DNA of 64,000 nt from an uncultured Prochlorococcus sp. (GCA_902616595.1 CACMTJ010000001.1:114655-178654), one strand, 5' to 3'; positions 9,824 to 19,672 are shown, counted from the first letter of the stretch. Notes: generated from the sequence alone by a model not told the origin. Numbers and translations are program-made.

Positions 9824-11371
9824 TCAATTATTAAAATATTTATTAATAATTTTCAATACATTGATATAACTAGGATCTTTTTTAGAAATTTGATTACTAT
9901 ATTTATTTGTTTTAAGGGCGTTTTGCTCTTTGTCAATAATTAATTTCTTATAAAAGTTTCCAATATCATCAAAAAGATAATCTCCTTTTAATTTTTCATT
10001 TAGTTCGAAAGAAAATTCAGATTTCACAGATTCTTGGCAAAAATTAGTGATTTCTTCTGAACTAATTAAAACCTTATAAATTTCTTTTTTTTCTTCTGAA
10101 TTAGCATTAAAGCATAAATAAATCAGATTAATCATTGAACAATTGTTATTTTTAATTTTGAATTCTTTATAAATGTCTGGCCAAAATTTTAAAGATTTTA
10201 GACCTTCTAAACCTCCTTGACTGAGAGAGTATTTATTACACCAATTTACAAATTCTGAGACATCTTTTGGACATCTGTTGAGTTGCAAAAACATATCTGA
10301 TAAAACTTGTCCTGCTTGAAAATTCCGTGTTGGTTTTCCTTCAGTTGGCAGAGTCATACTTCCTAAAACATCAGCCTTAACAGCATTTAATTGAGAAAAA
10401 GTATAATCTCCTTTTTCACAAAATTTATCTTCAATTATTTCCCTTGCACTAATTATTTCTTCACCATAACCAAGTTCTTTTAATGAAAGATATTTATTCT
10501 CTAATTTATTTTCTTTTCTAACTTTTATTGATACTGATGCGGCCTGATCTAAACATTGAGTTAACAAAATCGTATTAATGGTAGGCAGCATTCCTGGCTT
10601 ATCGGAATGAAAGTTATTTACAAAACCTGCAAATATTGATGAGATATTTTTTATTGATTTTATATATTGACATTCAATATTGTGAACTCCGGGAGAAACT
10701 TGAATTTTCGGTGATAATTGATTCAAAATGCGTGCACCTATTAATGCTGTTAGCGCATCAGGATGGCAGAAATTTGCAGTAAAACTATCATTAGGATTTC
10801 GTAAAGCTCCGTGACGATGAAATCCTGTAAAAAAAGCTAAATTTGGATATTTATTACAAAGAATAAAAGGGTTTTTATTTTTATTATCAATACAAAAAGA
10901 ACCGACTAGACAGCCAAGAACCACATTTTCTCTTTTTAAATTTTTTCTTAGTTCTAAAGCATTTTTAACATCATCTTGTATGTGATTACTATTTGAAGCA
11001 AGAATAACTATTTCACATTTCAAGAAAAGATCTTTTAGATTAAAAGATTTTATTTTTCCCTCTGAAGAATAATTTCCCATTCTCTTAATCTTTTCAATAA
11101 TCTCATTATCCATATCAGAAATAACATCATTTGAGAAAGCACCTAACAAATCTCTATCTTCCCTAGGAGCTAAGAGAATATTATTTGATTTTCCATGCAT
11201 AGCACAGTTGTATGCTAGTGATGCAGGATATAAACCAACACTGTAAAATCCTACTTTGCTATTCTCTATATCTTCAATCAATGAATAAAAATATTTTTCA
11301 TCTTTGATGTTTTCTACGAAATTATTCTTCATTTTTGAAACTCTTGATAATTTTTTTAATTTCTTACCCAT
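9824..11371 (-). CDS. Hypothetical protein, divergent GpsA (NAD(P)H glycerol-3-phosphate dehydrogenase)-like
   Basis: 515-aa ORF with KSIKNISSIFAG, ADVLGS, TRNFQAG and EGLKSL in the same order as the GpsA motifs (see findings). Confidence 0.6.
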   Translation of the reverse strand: MGKKLKKLSRVSKMKNNFVENIKDEKYFYSLIEDIENSKVGFYSVGLYPASLAYNCAMHGKSNNILLAPREDRDLLGAFSNDVISDMDNEIIEKIKRMGNYSSEGKIKSFNLKDLFLKCEIVILASNSNHIQDDVKNALELRKNLKRENVVLGCLVGSFCIDNKNKNPFILCNKYPNLAFFTGFHRHGALRNPNDSFTANFCHPDALTALIGARILNQLSPKIQVSPGVHNIECQYIKSIKNISSIFAGFVNNFHSDKPGMLPTINTILLTQCLDQAASVSIKVRKENKLENKYLSLKELGYGEEIISAREIIEDKFCEKGDYTFSQLNAVKADVLGSMTLPTEGKPTRNFQAGQVLSDMFLQLNRCPKDVSEFVNWCNKYSLSQGGLEGLKSLKFWPDIYKEFKIKNNNCSMINLIYLCFNANSEEKKEIYKVLISSEEITNFCQESVKSEFSFELNEKLKGDYLFDDIGNFYKKLIIDKEQNALKTNKYSNQISKKDPSYINVLKIINKYFNN

Positions 11372-11488
11372 ACCAACATTTTTCTACATTAAAGCAATTT
11401 TTGACCATAGCAAATTATTTATTGAAAATATTGAGTTTTTTAATTTATAATTTCTGAGAAAGTGGAATTAAAAAAAATAATTATAAAT

Positions 11489-12706
11489 ATGGAATATATG
11501 GCAAGTAATTTATATGAACAAAAACAATTAATTTCTTCTAAAAATATCTTATTTATTCAAGATATTGACGGAGTTTGTATCCCTTTAGTTAAAGATCCAA
11601 TGACTAGAGAATTAGAATCAAAATATATCTATGCAGTAAAAGAATTTGCGGAGGAATTCTTTGTATTAACTTGCGGGGAACATGAAGGTCTAAGAGGAGT
11701 TAACAGAATAATAGAGAGGAGTTTAAGGAGCACTAACGAGCCAAAAGACAAAGAACTATATTTAAGAGGTTTAGCTGCCTGTGGAGTAGAGTATCAAGAA
11801 AGTAATGGAGAAACAAGTTTTGAAGGAGTATCAGAAAAAGAACTAAGTTTTTTATCTAAAGTACCTAGTTTAATAAGACCAAAATATAATTATATAGTTA
11901 AGAATATTTTTCCTGAACTTAGCCAAGAGGATATCAATTTTCACGCAGTAAAATCAATATGTGAAACACGCTTCTCGCCAACGATTAATTTCAATAGTCT
12001 ATTTGATTTAGTTCATGAAGATTCTGATAAAAGAAAGCTTATTCAAATTAGTTTTGAAAAAATGATGAATGAAATAATTTTAAAAGCTGAATCGGAAGGG
12101 CTTAAAAACTCATTTTTCCTTCATATTTCACCAAATTTAGGTAATAAAGATGGTAGAGAAACAATTAAACTTTCTTGTCAAGATGATATCGGATCAACAG
12201 ACATACAATTACTTATTAAAGGAGCAGTTAAAGATTCTGGAGTTTTATTTCTTTTAAATAAATTTATTGCGGATAAAACTGGTAAAGCTCCTTTTGGAAG
12301 AAATTTTAATTTTAGAAACACTCCAAATTCTATTACGGAAAAAATTGATTTATGCAAAAGAAATATTCAAAAAGAGGATATGCCTTTGATTGTAGGAGTA
12401 GGGGACACAGTCACATCAAAAAAAAATAATGATGGAATAAGTTATTCAAGAGGAGGAAGTGACAGGTCTTTTCTAGAATTAATTCAAATATTAGGTAATG
12501 AATTTGGGATTAAGAATAAAATAATTTTTGTAGATAGTAGTTCTGGTGAAGTTGAAAGACCCTCTACAAAAAAAACTGGTTTAATAGGGATCAGTGATGT
12601 TCATGACAACTTAAAATTTGACATAGTTTTTAAAAATGGTCCCAAAGAATACATAAGTTGGTTTATTGAACTTGCTAATGAGAGATCAAACTTTAAAAAA
12701 AAATAG
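11489..12706 (+). CDS. stpA: Glucosylglycerol-phosphate phosphatase StpA/GgpP family (HAD)
   Basis: IQDIDGVCIPLVKDP, TCGEHEG.RGVNR, GVGDTVTS, RGGSDRSF. ATG at 11489 preferred over GTG at 11462. Confidence 0.9.
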   Translation: MEYMASNLYEQKQLISSKNILFIQDIDGVCIPLVKDPMTRELESKYIYAVKEFAEEFFVLTCGEHEGLRGVNRIIERSLRSTNEPKDKELYLRGLAACGVEYQESNGETSFEGVSEKELSFLSKVPSLIRPKYNYIVKNIFPELSQEDINFHAVKSICETRFSPTINFNSLFDLVHEDSDKRKLIQISFEKMMNEIILKAESEGLKNSFFLHISPNLGNKDGRETIKLSCQDDIGSTDIQLLIKGAVKDSGVLFLLNKFIADKTGKAPFGRNFNFRNTPNSITEKIDLCKRNIQKEDMPLIVGVGDTVTSKKNNDGISYSRGGSDRSFLELIQILGNEFGIKNKIIFVDSSSGEVERPSTKKTGLIGISDVHDNLKFDIVFKNGPKEYISWFIELANERSNFKKK

Positions 12707-12750
12707 TTGACTTTTTTATTTTCGAATGACAATTTATAAATAATAGATTC

Positions 12751-13683
12751 ATGAAAGAAAAATTCCCTTCAATATATAAAGAACCTATAGAAACATTGCA
12801 AATTAACATAGGTTATAAATGCAATCAGGCTTGTAAGCATTGTCATGTCAATTCGAGTCCCCTAAGGACTGAAATGATGTCCAATGAAATAGTATCTCTT
12901 ATTCCAAAGATAATTGAAAAATATAAAATCAAGACTTTAGATATTACAGGTGGTGCGCCAGAACTTCACCCGGAATTTAAAAACCTAATAACCAGCTTAA
13001 GCACAAAACAAGTTGATATTATTGATAGGTGCAATTTGACAATTTTTTTTGAAGAGGGTTATGAAGATCTTCCTCAATTTCTTGCAAAAAATAAAGTGAT
13101 AGTTACTGCTTCGCTACCGTGTTATAAAAAAAATAATGTTGATTTTCAAAGGGGTTTTGGCGTTTTTGAAAAAAGTATTAATGCCATTAAAATTCTTAAT
13201 GATTTAGGCTATGGAAAGAAAGAAAATGGATTACAATTAAATCTTGTTTACAATCCTGTAGGCCCAATTCTTCCTCCTTCTCAGGTAATGTTGGAGAAGG
13301 ATTATAAAAAAATTCTATTCGAAAAATTCAATATCGTTTTTAATAATTTATACACAATAACTAATATGCCAATAAATAGATATGAAGAATCACTTAGAAG
13401 AGAAGGGAAACTAAATACTTATTACAAATTACTAAAAGAAAATTTTAATGAAAAAAATTTAGAAAATCTTATGTGTAAAAAGACAATTAGCGTAAATTGG
13501 CTAGGAGAAATTTATGACTGTGACTTTAACCAACAGATGAATTTCCGAGAGAAAAAAGGACCAAAGACACTTTTTGATCTATTGGATGCATCATTTACTT
13601 TTGACTACGGGGTAGCTGTAAAAGAACATTGTTTTGCTTGCACTGCGGGTGCAGGATCAAGTTGTGGAGGGACTTTAAGTTAA
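12751..13683 (+). CDS. arsS: ArsS-type radical SAM protein (arsenosugar biosynthesis family)
   Basis: QINIGYKCNQACKHCHV, DITGGAPE, SLPCY, DCDFNQ, C-terminal HCFACTAGAGSSCGG. Confidence 0.87.
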   Translation: MKEKFPSIYKEPIETLQINIGYKCNQACKHCHVNSSPLRTEMMSNEIVSLIPKIIEKYKIKTLDITGGAPELHPEFKNLITSLSTKQVDIIDRCNLTIFFEEGYEDLPQFLAKNKVIVTASLPCYKKNNVDFQRGFGVFEKSINAIKILNDLGYGKKENGLQLNLVYNPVGPILPPSQVMLEKDYKKILFEKFNIVFNNLYTITNMPINRYEESLRREGKLNTYYKLLKENFNEKNLENLMCKKTISVNWLGEIYDCDFNQQMNFREKKGPKTLFDLLDASFTFDYGVAVKEHCFACTAGAGSSCGGTLS

Positions 13684-13689
13684 AACTTG

Positions 13690-14142
13690 CTAAATGCAAT
13701 TAGGACAAATAGCTCTTACATTTAAAGAGGATTCAATTAGTTTAAAACCATTAACTTTTGCTGCAACTTTGCCTGCCTCTAAAACCTCTTCATTTTCGAA
13801 TTCTTCTGTTCTTCCACACCTAATGCAAATCAAATGATGATGATCAGGTGTGTCGTTACTAAGCAATTCATATCTGTGTCCACCCTCACTGAGTTCTAAT
13901 TCATGAAGCAACCCCATTTGCACTAAAAGTCTTAAAGTTCTATAAATTGTTGCAAGTGAAACTTTGGAGCTTGTTTTAACTAACTTTTCATGAACCTCTT
14001 CAGCACTAAGATGCTTTCCAGAGCCAATATTTTCAAATAAATTAAGAACTTTTAGCCTCTGAGGAGTTAATCTCTTCCCATCTTTATGTAATCCATCACC
14101 AAGAGGAGATGTGATGACTTTGTATTGAGAGGATAATGACAA
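13690..14142 (-). CDS. fur: Ferric uptake regulator family
   Basis: RLTPQR, HLSAEEV, SLATIYRTL, HHHLICIRCG, C-terminal CPNC. Confidence 0.92.
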   Translation of the reverse strand: MSLSSQYKVITSPLGDGLHKDGKRLTPQRLKVLNLFENIGSGKHLSAEEVHEKLVKTSSKVSLATIYRTLRLLVQMGLLHELELSEGGHRYELLSNDTPDHHHLICIRCGRTEEFENEEVLEAGKVAAKVNGFKLIESSLNVRAICPNCI

Positions 14143-14258
14143 AATTAACCCATGGCTATTCTCAATAATAACTCTTGATGAGAGTTAAACAACTTATTGA
14201 TTTAAAATGTTTACTAAAGTTCTTCAAAATATTATGTAAAATGTATCTTTATTTATAA

Positions 14259-14828
14259 ATGATGAATAATCAAGAAATCTCTTCTGATAAATTATCATCG
14301 AAAGTAAACGCCTTGATAATAATTGATATCCAGGAAAAAATAATAAGACCAATTTTTAATAAGGATTCAATAATCAAAAACATTAAAAAGCTTATAAATG
14401 CTTACCAAATTTTAGAAGAAAACATATTTATATCTGAACAGAACCCACTCAAATTGGGAGTAACGATACCTGAATTAACACCAATAGCAGAATTTAGAAA
14501 ATTTGAAAAAATGGAATTCAGCCTAGCTAAATTAGAATATTTTTTAAAAGAACTTAAAGATAAGAAAATTACTAATTTGATAGTTTGTGGGATCGAAACG
14601 CATATTTGTATTCAACAAACAGTCTTAGATTGTTTACAAAAAGGATTTGAAGTTATTCTCATATCAGATGCCATGGGAAGTCGAAATAGGGTAGATCATG
14701 AAATAGCATTACAAAGAATGACTCAGAGTGGGGCGATCTTAACAACAACTGAATCAATAATTTTTGAATTATGTAAAACTGCGGATAGAGAAGAATTTAA
14801 AGAAATTAGAAACATAATAATAAATTAA
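14259..14828 (+). CDS. Isochorismatase-family hydrolase (YcaC/ISOC-like)
   Basis: LIIIDIQEK, EQNP, GIETHICIQQT. Confidence 0.88.
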   Translation: MMNNQEISSDKLSSKVNALIIIDIQEKIIRPIFNKDSIIKNIKKLINAYQILEENIFISEQNPLKLGVTIPELTPIAEFRKFEKMEFSLAKLEYFLKELKDKKITNLIVCGIETHICIQQTVLDCLQKGFEVILISDAMGSRNRVDHEIALQRMTQSGAILTTTESIIFELCKTADREEFKEIRNIIIN

Positions 14829-14900
14829 AGAAAAATAAAGACTGGTTTGTTGTTTTGAGATAATTTAAAATTTTATTAGAGATAAATTTTAAGGGTTTAT

Positions 14901-15938
14901 TTGAATATGGAATTATTTACTGAAAACTTCCTTCTGGCAATATCTATTTTTTTTATTGGAACTTTATTGTCGATAATAATTTCAAAAGTTTCAAAAATAT
15001 TTTTTAAAAAGATTTCCAAAAGAACAAAAACAAATTTCGATGATTTTATTTTTGAGGTGATCTCTGGAATTATAAAACCTATAGGTTTCCTCCTATCATT
15101 TTATTTTTCAATTGACTATTTTTTTGCTGATGAAATAACTTTCATCTCTGTCTTATTGAATATTTTGAAATTATTTATATTAATAATTATCATAAAAGCT
15201 CTCAACAAAGTTTTAATAAGATCTTTAACAGAAACGACCTCGAAAATTAATGATTCCTCAATTAGTTCGATGGTATCTTCACTAACTCCATTGATAAAAG
15301 CATTAACATGGACTATTGGCTCAATTTTTTTCTTACAAAATATAGGTGTTCAAATGACTGCTATTTGGGCCTTACTAAGTGCAGGAGGTATTGGAGCAGG
15401 ATTAGCTTTGAAAGATCCAGTTCAGGAGTTCTTTGAATATATAACAATTTTGCTTGATAAACCTTTTCAAAAAGGTGAGTTTATAAAATCTGATGGGGTC
15501 CTAGGAATGGTTGAGAGAGTGGGAGTACGATCATCAAGGATAAGAAGTATTAATGGAGAAGTAATAGTAATGAGCAATAGCGCCCTAACAAATGGAATAA
15601 TTTCAAATTACGCACAAATGGAAAAAAGAAGGTTAGTGCATAAATTGGGAGTAGTTTATGAAACCTCTCCAAAACTTATGAAATTGATTCCAATAATAAT
15701 TAAAAAAATAGTTGAAGAGACAAAAGATGCATCTTTTGATAGATGTCATTTTACAGATTTCGGCGACTTCAGTCTTAATTTCGAACTTGTTTATTACATC
15801 CCAACAAATAATTATCTCGCCGCAATGGAAGCTCAACAATCTATAAATTTAAGAATTATTGAGGAATTTGCGGTTAATAATATACAGTTTGCATTCCCAA
15901 CACAAACCTTAAATATTGAAAGTAACAAAGCCAAATGA
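14901..15938 (+). CDS. mscS: Small-conductance mechanosensitive channel
   Basis: GIGAGLALKD, DKPFQKGE, G.VERVGVRSS, FAFPTQTL. Confidence 0.9.
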   Translation: MNMELFTENFLLAISIFFIGTLLSIIISKVSKIFFKKISKRTKTNFDDFIFEVISGIIKPIGFLLSFYFSIDYFFADEITFISVLLNILKLFILIIIIKALNKVLIRSLTETTSKINDSSISSMVSSLTPLIKALTWTIGSIFFLQNIGVQMTAIWALLSAGGIGAGLALKDPVQEFFEYITILLDKPFQKGEFIKSDGVLGMVERVGVRSSRIRSINGEVIVMSNSALTNGIISNYAQMEKRRLVHKLGVVYETSPKLMKLIPIIIKKIVEETKDASFDRCHFTDFGDFSLNFELVYYIPTNNYLAAMEAQQSINLRIIEEFAVNNIQFAFPTQTLNIESNKAK

Positions 15939-16910
15939 TTTACAAATCTCTTCACTTAAAATCCAGAGTTTTGAAGCCAACTCAGAATTATTTGCCTCAT
16001 CACTAACCTTACTTTCAACTAATTTATGTTTTTTAAAAGATATAAGTTTATTGCTTAAATGAACGTATCCAATATTATTTAAATTTGAATCAAAAACAAT
16101 TTCAGAAAGTATCCTACCAGCATTTTCTATACTTTCAGAAATTCCTAAAATATTTTTTGCAGCTTTAGAAAAAATTAAATATCCAAAGAGATTAAAACGC
16201 TTACTGTATCTAAAAAAACCAAGATCATCATTTGGTATTACTAGACCAGGAGCCCAAGTAATTACAGAAATTTTACTAGAGGAAATTTTTAATTTTTTTT
16301 CAAGTTCTTTAGCAAACAAAATATTACATAACTTACTATTTTTATAAGCTTCATCAGCATTAAAATTTAAAAATTGTCCAGTTACTTTTTTTCTTAAATT
16401 AACTAGGTTATTAAGTCCCGCTTTCTTTCCTATATTTCCACCTGAACTTTTGGGGTCGTGTACATCTGATGATGTAATAATGATTCTAGATTCTTCTTTA
16501 TCTCTAATAAAATCTTTTAGGACATTTACCAAGTAAAAATGTGCGAGATGATTTACTGCAAAAGTTAGTTCTATGCCTTGTTTTGATACTTTAGGGTAAA
16601 AAGAGCCTGTATATTGCAATCCTGCATTTAAAACAAGAACATCTAAAAATATCTTTTTACTAATAAAGTAATCTTTAATTTTTTTAATATTCTCTAGATC
16701 TGAAAGATCACAATTTTCAATAATATTTAAAAATTTACTAAGGTAATTTTTATCAAAATGTTTCTCGATTTTTCTAAGAAATTCATTCTTTCTAAATTTA
16801 TTTTTTATTACAACATATAAAATATTTTTCGTCTTCAGTAAATTAATAATGGCAAAAAACCCTATTCCTGAATTACCTCCAGTAATCAAAATATTTTTAT
16901 TTTTAATCAT
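15909..16910 (-). CDS. SDR oxidoreductase, light-dependent protochlorophyllide reductase-like paralog
   Basis: TGGNSGIG, NAG, FAVNHLAHF, YKNSK catalytic motif. Confidence 0.8.
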   Translation of the reverse strand: MIKNKNILITGGNSGIGFFAIINLLKTKNILYVVIKNKFRKNEFLRKIEKHFDKNYLSKFLNIIENCDLSDLENIKKIKDYFISKKIFLDVLVLNAGLQYTGSFYPKVSKQGIELTFAVNHLAHFYLVNVLKDFIRDKEESRIIITSSDVHDPKSSGGNIGKKAGLNNLVNLRKKVTGQFLNFNADEAYKNSKLCNILFAKELEKKLKISSSKISVITWAPGLVIPNDDLGFFRYSKRFNLFGYLIFSKAAKNILGISESIENAGRILSEIVFDSNLNNIGYVHLSNKLISFKKHKLVESKVSDEANNSELASKLWILSEEICKSFGFVTFNI

Positions 16911-17134
16911 TTAAATTCCTATATTTTATTTATGATAAAAAAATAAATAAAGTTTTTTTTATTTTGTAATCTTATAAATTATTGTTAAAACACTGAAAAC
17001 TTAGTCACTAGTATTTGAGTAATTTGATTATTATTAATCTACTCTCATTATAAGTATTGGATGAAAAATATAATTCTAGGCTCAGAAGTAATAATTTGTT
17101 CCATAAATTTCTTTAATCATAAGATTCATATTTA

Positions 17135-18418
17135 ATGTCAAAAGAAAATATGCCAGATGTTCTTGTTTTGGGTGCAGGGCCTGCAGGTATGGCTATTGCC
17201 TCAGCTTTAGGGAAGGAAAAATTAGATGTTGAAGTGCTTTCTCCTAATGGCCCAGATGAACCTTGGCCAAATACATATGGCATTTGGGGGAAAGAAGTTG
17301 ATCAACTCGGGCTTCAGGATTTACTTGAATATAGATGGAAGAACACCGTAAGTTTTTTTGGGCATGGCGCTTTAGAAGAGCAGGACGACGAGAATAAAGC
17401 CACGGAACATTCACTAGATTATGGACTATTTGATAAGAAGAAACTCCACAATTATTGGTTTAACGAATGCAATAAGTCTTTTATTAAATGGCATCAAGGC
17501 TTTGCAAACAAAATACATTTTGAAAAATACAAAAGTACAGTAACTACAAAAGATGGTAAAACTTACTCTGCAAGATTAGTAGTAGATGCAACAGGGTATG
17601 ATCCTGTTTTTCTTAAATTAAAATCCTGTGGTCCGTTAGCAGTCCAAACTTGTTATGGGATAGTAGGTAATTTTAGTAAACCTCCACTTAAGAAAGGGCA
17701 GTTTGTATTAATGGACTATAGAAATGATCATCTTAACGATGAGCAAAAAAAAGAACCGCCAACTTTTCTTTATGCCATGGATATGGGGGATGGGAAATAT
17801 TTTCTTGAAGAGACATCTCTTGGTTTGGTAAATCCTCTAACAATGGAAAATTTAAAAGAGAGACTAGAGAAAAGGCTTTCTTATCGAAATATATCAATCA
17901 CAAGCATGCAGCACGAAGAGCTTGGCTTATTTCTTCCTATGAATATGCCAATCCCAGATTTCAAACAACAAATACTTGGATATGGAGGTGCTGCTTCAAT
18001 GGTACATCCTGCATCTGGATATTTAATTGGTAATGTTTTAAGAAGAGCTCCACTTGTCGCAAAGGCAGTCTCAGAAGCAATTAAAAACAAAAATCTAAGT
18101 ACCTATCATATTGCTAGAAAAGGTTGGGAAACTTTATGGTCAAAAGAATTAATTAGGAAGAAATCACTTTACCAATTTGGATTAGAAAAACTCATGAGGT
18201 TTGATGAGAAACTATTGAGAGAATTTTTTGGCAGTTTTTTCCAACTACCTAAAAATCAATGGTATGGGTTTCTAACTGATACTCTTTCTTTAAAAGAGAT
18301 TGTATATGCTATGTGCGTAATGTTTGTAAAGGCTCCATGGAGCGTAAAGAAAGGTCTTATGATTATGCATGGAAGAGAATTTAAAATGTTACTAAGGATA
18401 ATATTTCCAAATATATAG
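17135..18418 (+). CDS. crtL: CrtL-type lycopene cyclase (probably the epsilon cyclase CrtL-e)
   Basis: DVLVLGAGPAG, WPNTYGIW, FLEETSL, GGAASMVHPASGY. Confidence 0.9.
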   Translation: MSKENMPDVLVLGAGPAGMAIASALGKEKLDVEVLSPNGPDEPWPNTYGIWGKEVDQLGLQDLLEYRWKNTVSFFGHGALEEQDDENKATEHSLDYGLFDKKKLHNYWFNECNKSFIKWHQGFANKIHFEKYKSTVTTKDGKTYSARLVVDATGYDPVFLKLKSCGPLAVQTCYGIVGNFSKPPLKKGQFVLMDYRNDHLNDEQKKEPPTFLYAMDMGDGKYFLEETSLGLVNPLTMENLKERLEKRLSYRNISITSMQHEELGLFLPMNMPIPDFKQQILGYGGAASMVHPASGYLIGNVLRRAPLVAKAVSEAIKNKNLSTYHIARKGWETLWSKELIRKKSLYQFGLEKLMRFDEKLLREFFGSFFQLPKNQWYGFLTDTLSLKEIVYAMCVMFVKAPWSVKKGLMIMHGREFKMLLRIIFPNI

Positions 18419-18425
18419 TTAAAAA

Positions 18426-19133
18426 ATGAGAACCATATTAATAAGTGGAGCCAGTAGAGGTATTGGACTAAATATTGCACATAAAGAATTAAAAGAAGGC
18501 AATAGAATTAGTGTTGGCATAAGAGATTTAGAATCATTAAAAGGGAGCGCTATTGATCCAAAAAAATGGCCAGAAGGGAAAATTATAATCAACCACTATG
18601 ATGCTTTAAAAAAAATTACAGCCGAAAATTGGATAAAGAATACCTTAGATGAATTTGGAGGATTTGATTCAGTAATAAATTGTTCTGGAGTATTATCGAA
18701 AGTCCCTTTCTTATACAAAGATGGTGATGAAGAAGATATTTTAAATACATTAAATATCAATTTTTTGGCAATTTGGCATTTATGTAGGCTTTCTTGGGAT
18801 CATTTATGTAGCTCTGGAAGAGGAAGAATTATTGTTTTAGTTTCAATGAGTGGTAAAAGATCCAAAGGTGATTTAGCCGCTTATTCTTCTTCAAAGTTTG
18901 CTTTGATGGGATTATGCCAAACCATGAAAAATAAAGGTTGGGATAAAAATATAAGGATTTCTGCAATTTGCCCAAGCTGGGTTAATACAAAAATGGCCCA
19001 AAATATCTCTTCTTTAGACAAATCAAGCATGACACAACCTGAAGATATTGCTGAAATATGCTCAACTATTCTTAAGTTACCTACCCAATCAGTTCCATTT
19101 GAAATCGCCTTAAATTGTAATTATGAAATTTAA
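18426..19133 (+). CDS. Short-chain dehydrogenase/reductase
   Basis: SGASRGIG, YSSSK, ICPSWVNT. Confidence 0.88.
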   Translation: MRTILISGASRGIGLNIAHKELKEGNRISVGIRDLESLKGSAIDPKKWPEGKIIINHYDALKKITAENWIKNTLDEFGGFDSVINCSGVLSKVPFLYKDGDEEDILNTLNINFLAIWHLCRLSWDHLCSSGRGRIIVLVSMSGKRSKGDLAAYSSSKFALMGLCQTMKNKGWDKNIRISAICPSWVNTKMAQNISSLDKSSMTQPEDIAEICSTILKLPTQSVPFEIALNCNYEI

Positions 19134-19672
19134 CCTAAATTAAAAATTAAGTAAGCCATTGAAAGCATTGCAATTGCAATAAATAAACCTTTTATTCGAT
19201 TAGTTAACAATGAAAAAAGAGATAAATCTTCAGAAAAGTAGCCGCCAAAACTACCTGTTATAAATAATATAATCATTGGTAGAGATGCCATTCCGAAAGA
19301 ATAGGATATAGATCTTACAAATCCAAAATTTAAATAATTAAAAATAAAAAAGCCTAATGAAAACAATAAAAAAGATGCAAATAGAGTTATAGAAACTTCA
19401 GCATCTAAAGTGTGAGGTAAGCTACCCTTTAATTCAAATTGCTTTTTACATTCTCTAATTTGTCTTTTAGAAAGCTTTAAATAACCAGTTTCAGGAATTC
19501 TTTGCGACTTATATTTTCTTAGTAATCTTGCTTCAAGAGTTTCTGGCTCCTTAGTCATAATTGATGTTAATAATTCATCTGGCTTTAATTTTTTAATTTT
19601 TTTTTCAAGATTATCCGTTTTCCCAATCCTATAAAGGTCTCCCACTCTAATAAGATAAACATATCCCGACAT
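19130..19672 (-). CDS. GIY-YIG/T5orf172-like domain with C-terminal membrane helices
   Basis: GYVYLI...YRIGKT, LEARL, then about three hydrophobic segments. Confidence 0.7.
   Translation of the reverse strand: MSGYVYLIRVGDLYRIGKTDNLEKKIKKLKPDELLTSIMTKEPETLEARLLRKYKSQRIPETGYLKLSKRQIRECKKQFELKGSLPHTLDAEVSITLFASFLLFSLGFFIFNYLNFGFVRSISYSFGMASLPMIILFITGSFGGYFSEDLSLFSLLTNRIKGLFIAIAMLSMAYLIFNLG

Noticed and set aside
12707-12733. TTGACT...GACAAT as a sigma70 promoter for arsS
   Set aside because: The spacing is 15 nt and the -10 is weak, so it cannot be supported from sequence alone (though not excluded).
14215-14242. TTATGTAAAAT resembling the XerD arm of dif
   Set aside because: There is no matching XerC arm; it is better explained as a -10 element (TAAAAT) of the isochorismatase gene.
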